From positions 7,421,929 to 7,485,928 of the forward strand of contig OZ037769.1 of the NCBI GenBank assembly GCA_964035545.1: a stretch of 64,000 nucleotides of DNA, given 5' to 3'. The notes below the pieces were generated by a model, which worked only from the letters and a program-made list of their open reading frames with translations, did no database searches and was not told where the DNA came from. The position numbers were made by a program, and so were the translations under genes. Shown here one piece after another: positions 52,801-64,000 of this stretch. Origin of the DNA: Bugula neritina (lineage: Eukaryota > Animalia > Bryozoa). Numbering within the stretch: position 1 is the first letter of the stretch; the number at the start of each line of letters is the position of its first letter.

Positions 52801-55800
52801 TGTAATTGTTCCATCTCTTGTTGTTTTAGGTGACCCATTTCTTGTTGTATTCGTTGCATTTCCTGTTGTTTCAATTGCTCCATTTCTTGCTGCATTCGTT
52901 GCATTTCTTGCTGTTCCAATGCTTTCAACCGATCCATTTCTTGCTGCTGTAATTGTTCCATTTCTTGTTGTTTTAGGCGGCCCATTTCCTGCTGTATTCG
53001 TTCCATTTCTTGCTGTTTTAATTGCTCTATTTCTTGATGCATTCGCTCCATTTCTTGCTGTTCCAATGCTTTTAACCGATTCATTTCTTGCAGCTGCAAT
53101 TGTTCTATTTCTTGTTGTTTTAAGCGGCTCATTTCCTGCTGTATTCGTTCCATTTCTTGTTTTTTTATACCACCCATTTCTTGTTGTATTTGTTGCATTT
53201 CTTGCTGTTTTAATTGCTCTATTTCTTGCTGCATTCTTTGCATTTCTTGCTGTTCCAATGCTTTCAACCGCTCTATTTCTTGCCGCTGTAACTGTTCCAT
53301 TTCTTGTTGTTTCAAGTGACCCATTTCCTGCTGTATTCGTTCCATTTCTTGTTGTTTTAATTGCTCCATTTCTTGATGTATTCGTAGCATTTCTTTTTCT
53401 TTCAACTGCTCTATCTCTTGCTGTTCCAATGCTTTCAATCTCTCTATTTCTTGAAGTTGCAATTGCTCCATTTCTTGAAGTTGTAATCGCAGCATTTCCT
53501 GTTGCTGAGCACGCCTTTCTTCTTCTTGTTGAAGATTTTGCAATTCTTCGTCGTGCTGTAGCTGTTGAATTTGTTGTTGAAGCATCTGCTGAACTTCTAA
53601 CTGTTGTTTCTCCTGTTCTTGAAGCCTTTGTATCTCTTCACGCAGCTGCATCATTTCAACTTGTTGCATTTCAAGTTTTTTGATTTCTTCCTCCTGCAGT
53701 TCTTTAGTCTCTTGCTGCTGCTGTAACTGGATCTGGGATCGCTGAACCTTGTGCTGATGCTGTAACTCATGAAGTGATTGCTGGATTTCGATTTCCTGCT
53801 CTTCTACCACTTTCTGATGCTGTTGCAACTGTTGCTGCTGCTGCACTGACAGCCGCCGAACCTCCTGCTCGCACTGCTTTAACTTTGCCATTTCCTGATT
53901 TGTGGAATTTGAAGGTGGCTCAGGCTCACTTGAAAGTGACAGTCGCAACTGCTCTTTCTTTGCTTCACGCTGAGCGCGTTTAACCTGGTGCTCTGCTTCT
54001 TTCTGTAATATAATCACGTGGACAAACTGATACATGGTGAAATTAGTACAGAAATGGTTCAATAATGATTTTGACTAAACATGCAACAAGCTAGTATGTA
54101 TATATGTAATACTCGTAAAGTTATTGAAACTCTAGCTCCATGCCATCAAAGTCTAATACTCACCAACTGCCTCCGCTTCATCTCAGATGCTTGATTTATA
54201 GCTGCCAAATCCACATCCCAATCTTCATCACCATCCATAATTCTTAGCAACTAGAAAAGTATAAACATATAAAAGTAAGTAGTACTGTAATATAAAGTTG
54301 ACTTGATGTCCAAGTTATTGGCAGAGTTCATAACCTATACAATATCTTCCACTAAGCTAATCTTTCTCAATCTATGACTGTTACCTGAATTCTCTCATTT
54401 TTCTCCAGGGAATTCCAGCTTTTACTTTGCAAATAAGCTAGACGCTCTTTACGAAATAATTCTTTGTTAGCCTGGCAATTCGCCTGGTATTCACTGAAAT
54501 AAATGATTAGATATAGACTTCTAAAAACAATGGAAATTACAGTAGCAGCGATATTAGCGTCATTCTTAAACTTGTTTGTAGAATTAAAGACCAAGGCAAC
54601 ATTCTACAGGCATAAATCCTATCTGGCTCCATAAATATAGGTAGATGTGACTTCACACATCACTCAAGTTGAATCCCAATGAATACTTCGATACCCAAGT
54701 GTAAAATTCTGACATACATTACACTGCCTGCATATCAAATAATCATTGGGGAGGGGGTGGGTATCGTGGCTGAAAAATTGAGTCTTTATTTTCAGTATTT
54801 GATTTAATAAATTGGTTTACCTATATGTCTTGTAAGATAAATTGAGAGAAATCTCAAAAACGGCTAATATTTGAAAATGCAAAGAATCTTCCATAAATGT
54901 AGAGTTTCAATATTAGGAAAGCATAAAGTTCTATGTTCAGAAATAATATATTGTAAGTCAATAAAATCACTAGATACAAATTCAAGTACAAATATTATAA
55001 TAGCTTAAAATCACTTTACAAGTTTCATTTATTTGCTCCATTTTATACACCACTTTTGTATAAGTTTTTTTTTGGAGAAATTATTTAGATATTAATTAAT
55101 TCGACTGGTAAAGCTATTTATAAACCTCAAGTAATTTATCACTTAGTATATTTTGCATCGTCAAAGAGCAAGGGATACAATAATTCATAATCAACAAACC
55201 ATTTTCTAACACTGTAAAAATATTTATGTAGAATCATTGTAATATAAGTTAACATTACATCCACACAACACTTTCACCTTTATATGCTAAAAAGTTTCCA
55301 ATGCACAGATTCAGTAAATCTCAGTTTTCTTCACATATTAAACAGTGTTGAATGGCAGAAGAATCAGATGTTTTATTCACATATGCATGGGATTGGCAGA
55401 TGCAAGCGATATGGAGAGAGAGAGGGGGGGGGCGGGGAGAGGGGGGAGGGGGGGACTAAACATGCCAACTGCCTTTTTCATATTCGGCCAAACATTTTTA
55501 AAAAATATTTATAATGAAAGCAGACCCCATTAATTATTTAAGTTAAAATTATAGGCTCAATTGTTATATCACTGATGCAAAATATTTTCTTATAACTGGC
55601 AGTCTTGAAATGGCAGAATTCAATCTGCATGCAATTTAAAAATAAACAGCTGCCAGCCACAACGTTTCTTTAAAGCTTATATAGCTATATGCTTAAGAAG
55701 GTTAGAAACTGTGAGCATGTGTGAGAAAAATGAAAACAAATTTATCTCTACTGGTCTATGACAAAGCAAAGTCACGTAACTTATTTGTTCCAAAACACAT

Positions 55801-56411
55801 TTTAAATAATGCTGTCAGCTCCTTATGGGGCGCTTCCAGACAACAAACAAATTAGTGCAGTAAAACTTAAGCTAAATCTTTTCAATGCTTACGGTTTGTG
55901 TTCCTGGATGATCCTGGCCTGGGGTCCTACAAAACAACACAAAAATATACAAGTTAATAAAAAATATGTTTATCCAGTCACCAGTGAGCTATGAACTTTT
56001 TAGGATAGGAGAAAAAGAAACTAATCATGAAAATAGGAAACCATCTTCGCATGCATGAAACGATCATGCTTTTCACAGTAAAGAAGTTTTTGGTGGTAGT
56101 GGTAGTAATGGTACTAGTAATAATAGCAGCAGTAGTATAAATTGAATGCGATATGATGGTGAAAAGCACTATTAGCCAATTGAAATGTGGAATCTTAGCT
56201 AGCTCGAAGTAGACAAAGTGAATACATATAAATATTATAGCTAAGTCAGACAACAGTTTCACAGAGATAGATAAATGGGTCATTGTATTAAAGATGTATG
56301 TCTTATGTCACCTGGAAGCTCTGGTGGTACATCAATTTTATTCTTTTTCTTTTTATGTTTTCTAACTTTCACCCTTTGCTTTTTATTAGAACATGGGTCA
56401 GGTTCAGACAT
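46830..56411 (-). CDS. Uncharacterised Gln/Glu-rich coiled-coil (trichohyalin-like composition) protein, about 1080 aa
   Basis: Phase-compatible exons 56411-56312 (MSEPDPCSNKKQRVKVRKHKKKKNK), 55926-55893, 54493-54385, 54250-54164, 54002-51683, 49023-48892, 48123-47948, 47315-47214, 47126-47084 and 46960-46830. The donors at 51682 (alternative 51778) and 47947 (weak GTCATC) are uncertain. Confidence 0.75.
48184..48548. repeat. Intronic tandem repeats: 28-bp unit x3 (48184-48270) and 14-bp unit gcatagcaactact about 15 copies (48330-48548)
   Basis: Directly visible. Confidence 0.93.
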
Positions 56412-57402
56412 GGTTACAGCTGATAACAATAAAATGAGAAACTGGTAAATTGTAAGGGCAGGAACTAGCAATTATAGAGCACTTATATCAGAGATGACAT
56501 TAAAACACTGCATTTACTAATATCTTTAGTAGTTACAGCAAAACATATGGAGTTTTATAGAAAGATATTATTTCAAGATGTTACGCTTGGCAGAGCCTAG
56601 ACAGTTTCATCCATTAAATCTAAAAAGGCAAAGCTTAAATGTAGCCAAATTGAGAAAAGGAGAGGGGCTTCTACAGAAGTATCATTACTGGGTAAATTAC
56701 TCCAGTCACATGTAAATCCTGATGAGGCAACTAATATCCATTAAAATTATAGCTGTAGTTTAACTTACGCAAAGTTTCAAGGTAGAAGAATGTAATTTGA
56801 AAATATGAATACAGAAAGCAAAAATATTTATAAAATGTGCGAATGAATAACTCACCCGAGATCAAATTATCAACAAAGTAAAGAGAATATTGAAGCAAAT
56901 AAAATGCTGTATCTAGAAAATAAAGATGTTTAGTCTCATTCCTAATATTAGTTAGACCAGCTAAGTAATACCTTGGCCATATACTGTTCTCAGTGCTCAA
57001 ATAAATATATTACAAAATTGCTGAAATCCTCACAACAATACCAGATAACTGAAATTCTTACTTAAATATGTCGCAAAATATGCAACACACAACAAAATTT
57101 CTATATGATGTTTATATTTATATTTTAGAAGAACCGGAACAACTTAAAAAAACTGTCTCTGTGAGTTGCATCAACACGAAGTCAACTTTTAGGCAAAATA
57201 AAAAGCAACATTTTGATGATAAAAAAATAAATCCAAGTCATTTTGTGAACTTACAGCTCCCAAAAAAATTCTAATTTTCATGTGGTAGAATTGAAAAGGT
57301 ATACAGGTTGGAGCTGGTGCTTTAAAATGGCAGCATCACACACGGCCAGCTGCTGGGAACAGGCAGTGCTGCTCGACAGAACGCTATGCAACACCTTCGG
57401 CA

Positions 57403-57609
57403 TCATGAGGCAGCGTCATCAGTAAACACAATGTAACCATTTACTATCTTCATTGTTTTCTCTGTAGGTGAATTGCTTTCACTGTTATAGTCCTTAGTTG
57501 TATGTGACCTAAATAATGGGCTGTCCCGCGCAGTTCCTGTAACCTTTTGTACTTTCTTTTTCAACATTGCATCATCATAATCATCTAGATGGTCTTCGTC
57601 TTCCATCAG
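57403..57609 (-). CDS. Candidate alternative terminal exon of the PTCD2-like gene (LMEDEDHLDDYDD...DDAAS*)
   Basis: Acceptor TTCTGTTTAG at 57610, 68 open codons then TGA; phase 0 matches the donor at 58171. Confidence 0.5.
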   Translation of the reverse strand: MMEDEDHLDDYDDAMLKKKVQKVTGTARDSPLFRSHTTKDYNSESNSPTEKTMKIVNGYIVFTDDAAS

Positions 57610-57985
57610 CTAAACAGAAGTATAAATTATACTGCAGATATTCACAGTCTATTAATACGAAGGCAGAAGTATAATACTAGAAATAACCAACACAATATTA
57701 CAATACAATATACTATGTAATATAATGTTCCATATAATACACCACTGCACTACATAATGCACTACTGAACTACACAATGTTATACTGTGTTACACAACAT
57801 ACTGCACTACAATCTAATACACCACAGTACACGAGAGCATGTCCAGAGAGTAGACATATTGGTTTAGCACACTGGTTCGAGGCTGAAGGCTTATGCCACT
57901 GGAGTATCATCAAATAACATTTATCAACTGGTCACGGGATGACAGAAGGTAATGGTTTAGGTTTTACCTCCAGAACATTTCATAG

Positions 57986-60900
57986 TTAGTTGTTGAGGAT
58001 CCCTATCTGTGAGAACGGGGCGTCTAAGTAGGATATTGTAGATAAAATCTCAATAGGGCCATGGGCTATGTCAGGAGGAGTGGCCAGCCACATGTACTAC
58101 GGAGTACGGTGTTGTATTAAATTATATGTAATATTTAAGAAAACTTGTAGAGATTTGCACAGTACAATTACCATGTCATCTAAGGTACAGCTATGAGCAT
58201 GTTGAGAAATCTGGCTAACTAAATGTTCTTCTAACGTCTGTTTCTGTACGTATCTATCCATGTTTGTTCTAGAGCGATGGATTAACTGTGTGTACAACTC
58301 ATCACTACCCACATTCAGTATTCGCTTGAACTAAAAATAAAAAAACGGCATCAACCGTTAGAGCAGCAGTAATACACAAATACAGCATCTAATATTGTAG
58401 CCATATAGATACATAAATATCAATATTTGTCCCTTAAAAGTCAAAATATTAGAAATAATATATACAGTGCTCCCTCCATATCTTAGACAATTTCTCACAA
58501 AATTCCATAGGTCACAAGAAAGGCTTGGATCTCCATTTGTTAGCTTATATGTGTGTTTATAGAAACAAAATGGTCAAATTCAACGGATCTGTGAGTTAAA
58601 TCTGGTATTCTACTATGTAACGAATTAAGGTTTCGGGACCCGCAGCTTAGTGAGATACGGAGAGAGCACTGTATACATTTTTTGCTGAATACCATATTTC
58701 ACAAAAAAACACATCAACGCTGCAACAGCTTACCACGTCTGAGAACATTATATATTTAGTTTTATGAGAATTGCTTCTAATTATCTTTGACTCTAGTGAT
58801 GAGAGGATGTTCAATGACTTTTTAACATGACCCGAGTCTAAGAATGCCAGTATCTACAAAAGGGAAACATATTACCACATGCATGTCTCCGTAACTCCAA
58901 CTCAGTATGCTTATGTCTGGTTCTATATTTAGACATCACAGCTTGTGTGATACAATCAGAGCAGCTGAACAGGAAAGCAGGCAGCTTACTGCTGACGGAT
59001 CGTCAGCTGCTGTCGCTTAATATAAAACTAATTTATGTCTGACCTTTAAATTTTCCTTGACTATATTAGATGGAAACTGTGGACACTGTATGTCCAAAAC
59101 ATTCAGCCCGGCGTTGACTCGTTTCTAAAATGGCATATTATAAACTCTAACAAGTGAATAATAGTGAAGCAACAAATGAAATACAAATAAAATTTTGACA
59201 TTAGCGATAGTTAATAGAGGAATACAAATGGAAGTACCTTTTCTAAAGAGACTTACTTGTTTTAAACAGACTTACCTGTTGCAAGCAGTAGAGAGCAGAA
59301 AGGAGAGTTGAGTTGGTTACAAGTGACTTATTTTTAGATACCAATGACTGAACACTGCTGTTGAGAAGAGCTGATTCCAGTTGTAGTCCAGTTACTGAGT
59401 TCTAAAGCAGAAATGAAAAGAGTGACAACTCTGTGTGTCATGACGAAACAACTGAAGTATGCACCAAATTTACCTGTAGACTAGCTCAATTACTTTTTTG
59501 TAAATACTGCGAGTTATTTTCTTGATGACAAGCACAATAAAAACTTTGAACTACAGAACAAAGCCAATAACCATTGAAACTTCCATAACTGATAATTTTG
59601 GGAACTTTAAAAATGTTGTCTCTCAATTTGCCTTTTCAACAAATTTACAAGGAGTCCATTTAATTTACCAAGTTTGATATACTGTGACTAGCAGCCAGGG
59701 TTGGGGCAATTGCAATTTGTAACTGTATTTGGTTGTAATTAATTACATTTTTTCAAGCAATTGAATGTAATTTGTAATTGATGCATACAAATGTAATTGT
59801 AATTGTTAATAATTACATAATGTAGCTGATGTAATTGATTTTTCGAATTACTCTATCATTACAAAATATTTACTTCAAATTTTTAAATATCATAGAATTC
59901 ATACTTTTCTTGCCATGCCTACTGTTTAATAAAAATTTCAGATTAATTCAATGTAGTATTGTATCACCCTATTAATCACTGTTTAGAACAAAGGAGGTTC
60001 TACACCCTCAAAACCGCCCCAGGTTATTAAACCCCAGAAGTGGGATTATATAAATTATATTTGTCTCTTGTGAGAAAAAAAGTAATTGCAATTGTAATTC
60101 ATTACATTAATCTGTAATTGACCTCAACCATGCTAGCAGCTGTAACATAGTGTTATTGCTAATGGAGCGCTATACCAAAGTATACCTTTGAGAGCTTAAC
60201 AGTTTTAGCAGAAGAAGTAGCTCATACCATTCTGAAAGCAGACAGCACGCCGAATATAAACACAATCTCCAAGTCTTCCAAGTTTGGTATCCGGGACTTG
60301 ACGTCTGAAGAGGTTAGAAGTTGTTTAGCAAGGGTAGCACAACTCTCGTACTCCTGATTCTCGTACAACAGATCCAGTATTAATAAAAGTGAATCTCTAA
60401 AAGTCGACACGTCTGCTTTGTTGGCCTGTAAAGTAGATAAATGTCAAGAAATAGCCGTCGGTGGCGTGCTCAAACTCACATTTACTGCAGATACTTATTG
60501 GAAAGAACTTTGGCAAATTTTGGTCTCTTAATACAAATGTCATAATCAAACAAAATATCAACTAAAACTGTCAGATGAAGAGGCATCTAACAATCATTTC
60601 ATCATTAACATCTCAAACAAGTAAGGAAACGCTACTTTAACCACTACACTACCATAAGAGAGAGCGTGTATCAGTGTTAATGGGTAGAAACAGCTAACGA
60701 CTATTGCAAAGGGATTTAGACTCGACTTCTAATAGTAGATGTAATTTCCTACTAACATGTGAGTGGTAGAGATCGAGAGCTGTAGATCCACAGCTGTGAA
60801 TATGGCATTGCCGAAGTGCAGTGGTTAAAAGAGTGCTCTGTTCAGATGAAAGACCAGCAGCTTTGTCTAGTTCCATTTGTTCTTCAAGTCTAAATACAAC

Positions 60901-62700
60901 AAATATAGAATGTAGAATACAGTAAGCAAGCTTGTGGTTACTCAAGTTGCGTTTATACCTCTGCTAAAAAAAGCACCGAGTTTCAGTTAATATCATTCAT
61001 CCGCGTACCCATTTATAGTTCTGCTGAAAACCGTCGAAAATTACAGGGAAGCTACCGCAGATGTAAATGTGCAACATCGTTAGATGTACAGAATGCAGAA
61101 AAATGCAAATTTAACATAGCTTGACTCGCTGTCAAAGTTGTTAAGTACTACGTTCGTCCAAATATAAACAAGTTACTTTCTACTGTTTAGCTGTAACCTT
61201 TAGTTTATTTTGACTATTACATTAAATTCAGAAGAAGAGTTTTTGTGTGTTGCTGCACTAACTTGTAGTTTGAGTTTTATAATTTTAAAATGAGAAAATA
61301 TGGATAAACTAAAAGGAAGAAATGGATTAGGAGCTGTAACAAGAAACAGGCAAATTAAAGGAGCCTATTAAACCGCTGTCAACAAACTTCCAGTAAATAT
61401 GAGCAATAGCAAAGGTTGGAATTCAACATAATTAATATTTTATCAGTAACAACGGAATACACTGAAATTAATTTGAAATTTAATTTAACCTGGTAAAGTG
61501 CGCTCACGATTATATTTATTATATAATTTATATTAATATATTATTTAATTTTATCAGAATGAGTATTACTATTAGTATTAAATATTATTACTATTATTAT
61601 TATTATTACTTTTAGTCATAATGTCACAGTGCTATTTATAATTGTAAATGTTACAATTTTGTTAGATTAAGTAGTAGATTAGATTAGTAGATTAAGTCAG
61701 TCTGAAAGGGGGTGTGTCGGTTAATAACGTAAACGTTTGCAAAGATAGAATATGCCGCAGGCAATCAACATCATTGGTCAATTTGTCCGATTACGTAATT
61801 GTACTACAAAAAATTGACGATTGGCTTTTACAATGCAATGCAACTTGGTGAAATTTTAACTCGGCCAAACTGAAATTCTGACTGAAAACCGTGAAGGTAT
61901 AAACACAACTTCAGCATAGTGAATAAATCTTGTAAACAGTTGTTAGAGAACCTACAAAACAAGCTTTGGTTGAAATGCAAATGTATAAGTTGCTTAAAAT
62001 AGCATTACTTGTATGATAAGAGCGTTGCTGAAAAGCAAATCTCATGTAGCCAATACCTTGCCAATATTTTAACAGTGCTGGGTACATCTTCTCTAGACAT
62101 CAGCTGCATATAAGAGAAACACTCCTGCTTAAACAACTCCATATTAGAGTTCAGCTTCTCAAGAAATCTTGTTTTGAATTCCTCCTCATTCTGCCCCAAT
62201 CTATATACAGAAAGGAGACGATCAAGTTTACATCAACTGGTCAACTGTGGCTCAACAGATGGGATGACTCCAACATAGCAAACAATTAAGAAATTTCTGT
62301 AGAATAAGTATTGTTAAAAAAAACCTGAATAAAAATTCAATTTTCCCTACCGCCTTCTGGTAGCTTGGATTTGTTGCTTTAACTTATTTAAACCAAGGCT
62401 GCTGTGTGTCAGAAGAAACCTTTTACCTGCAGCAAAAAACACCATTTTATGAAGTGAGAAAAATTAGGATGCTTTGTTAAATTAATTTCAATACTAATAA
62501 AATTAATATACTTTCATAAAAATCAAGTTCTTTGATTAGCTTAGAAGCTTTAAAACCATCACAGAAACTGTCTGAAAAGTTACATTTAACAAAACAACAA
62601 ACCACCCACCATTAAACATTGGAATTGAATTTAAGCAACTAAGCAAGCATTTTGAAGGTGTCCGGTAAAGAATTCCCGAGAGACTTCTGGTGCAGTTCAT
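57986..62700 (-). CDS. PTCD2: Pentatricopeptide repeat-containing protein 2-like, mitochondrial, 412 aa
   Basis: Exons 62700-62610, 62426-62351, 62200-62057, 60889-60757, 60425-60228, 59401-59276, 59124-59044, 58853-58734, 58330-58172 and 58096-57986 are all GT-AG and phase-compatible (1239 nt). The N-terminus is basic/hydroxyl-rich like a presequence. Segments GKRFLLT, SLLLILDLLYENQEYES, FRMNS, NLKILAFLDSG and TLDDMYMWLATP are collinear with recalled PTCD2 segments (AKRYLLT, SFNILMDMLFIKGKYKS, YKLNS, NLNIIIHIQSN, SLDAVLCHTP). Confidence 0.8.
58465..58671. mobile_element. Tc1/mariner (pogo/Tigger-type) MITE, 207 bp
   Basis: TA|CAGTGCTCCCTCCATATCT ... AGATACGGAGAGAGCACTG|TA: imperfect 19-bp TIRs with a TA TSD; a second copy is at 26079. 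Confidence 0.88.
59696..60132. mobile_element. hAT-type MITE, 437 bp
   Basis: Exact 8-bp TSD CTAGCAGC (59688-59695 and 60133-60140). TIRs CAGGGTTGGGGCAATT / AATTGACCTCAACCATG. Subterminal GTAATT repeats. Confidence 0.92.
60945..61910. mobile_element. PIF/Harbinger-type non-autonomous element, 966 bp
   Basis: TCA|AGTTGCGTTTATACCT ... AGGTATAAACACAACT|TCA: 15/16 TIR match and a 3-bp TNA TSD; it fills most of a PTCD2 intron. Confidence 0.8.
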
Positions 62701-64000
62701 GACTTCTATAAATATCAAACCAGAAACCTATCCCTGTAAATGCACAATCAATTAATGGTAAACATTAGAGCTTTTGGCACACCTTTATATTACATTACTT
62801 AGACTTTAGACCAAAAGCCAACAGTGATTGTCTAAACACATGCACTACTAGTGTTACTGTTTATGGGCAAAGCTTGGTAACACAAGTTTATAAATAAGAA
62901 TTAGAGTAACTGGTCTATTAACATTAAGACAGCAGCAAAACTTCATTGATATTGCTTAAAAATTTTGTAAACAAATATTATTAGCGTGCCACTGTTTGTG
63001 TTTAAAATAGATCAGTAGATTGATAATAATTTTGGGCAAGATACATAATAGCAAAAACAAAAGTATAAAACAAACTTGTGCTATATTCAATTTAAAATTC
63101 AATACTGACTCAAAGAGCTATAGTGATAGATGGTAACTACAATGATAATAATATTTAAGGGTTTCTAAACTCAAGTGCTATGTGTTTCTTTTAAATTAAA
63201 ATAAATGCAGAAAACAGAAGCAGCACTTATAGGCTTACTGTAACTCTTTCGTCTATGACTTACAAGTTAGATTTTGTCTTAATGAAAGTAGAAAAGCTTT
63301 ATAACTAGCAATGTCACAACGAGTATGAGTAAAAGTATAATTATGAATATAACTGTAACTAATACTAATAGTAATAGTAATACTATGAGTTATAATATTA
63401 ATTTAGTCCAACTCTATAACTATAAGTACAAGTATAAGTAACTAGCACCAACAGAAACACACTAAGACTTACACTTACAGCAACAGACATGCTCAAAAGT
63501 AAAACCAAAATAAAGTGTCAAGCGTGTCACTGTCTGAAATCAAAATTGAGTTCAACCTTTAGTTTTGATTCCCAATATGAATATATAACACAATGATTGA
63601 GCGAGTCACTCATTCACTAATTACAATCAATCACTTAATCATAATATTAATTATCATAATGATAATGAATACTCGCAATCACATGATGATGATCATGATG
63701 ATGATGATGATGGATGATTGAAAATGAATTAGAATAACTATAAGTATAAGTATTCGAATTCAATAGTATTATTAATACAATATGAATATCAATATGAAAA
63801 TAATTATAATGAAATTAAATGTCAATACTCAAATACTATTAATATTAGTCCTGGAAATACTCATAGACATACTCAATTTCATACTAAACCCCTTAAGGCT
63901 TAAGCTCATAATCATTTATATAAATTTAAAATCATAAGTTTTCCAGATTATCATTATAATAATCATTATATTAACAATCATTAGTAGCAACCAGCATGGG

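Noticed and set aside
51881-53983. Long + strand hydrophobic ORFs (152, 303 and 69 aa)
   Set aside because: Antisense shadows of the repetitive Q/E-rich exon.
55415-55456. G-tracts (also 17147-17170) as functional G-quadruplexes
   Set aside because: They could fold, but they are simple homopolymer-rich tracts with no evidence of function.
22270-56740. Other CTGANGA matches (near 22273, 25283 on -, 39694 on -, 49963 and 56720)
   Set aside because: None is followed by a stem II and GAAA with pairing stems I and III.

Overview
AT-rich, intron-containing animal (invertebrate-type) genomic DNA, not prokaryotic; no CRISPR array, rRNA or tRNA was seen. Four spliced genes can be rebuilt by hand from GT-AG sites and reading phase: (1) NIM1K kinase (- strand, 8918->4908, 415 aa, ends in CaaX CTIL); (2) a RASSF1/RASSF5-type gene (+, 23386->45644; C1, RA and SARAH domains) with a second set of first coding exons (34268-36040) inside the intron that splits the C1 domain; (3) an uncharacterised Gln/Glu-rich coiled-coil gene (-, 56411->46830, about 1080 aa, 49-aa repeats); (4) a PTCD2-like mitochondrial PPR gene (-, 62700->57986). 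Mobile DNA includes a 5'-truncated CR1/L2-group LINE with a 1-nt deletion in its catalytic motif, four MITE copies (two Tc1/mariner-type, one hAT, one PIF/Harbinger) and a 2.1-kb foldback with 820-860 bp arms. The most striking feature is a hammerhead ribozyme cluster at 17.7-19.3 kb. A perfect 210-bp palindrome inside a (TA)n tract carries two outward-facing type I hammerheads (GUA site). An unrelated intact type I hammerhead (GUC site) lies about 400 bp downstream, and a decayed paralogue of it lies 1.5 kb upstream. This fits Penelope-like pLTR or retrozyme remnants. All calls are from manual reading; no database searches were run.
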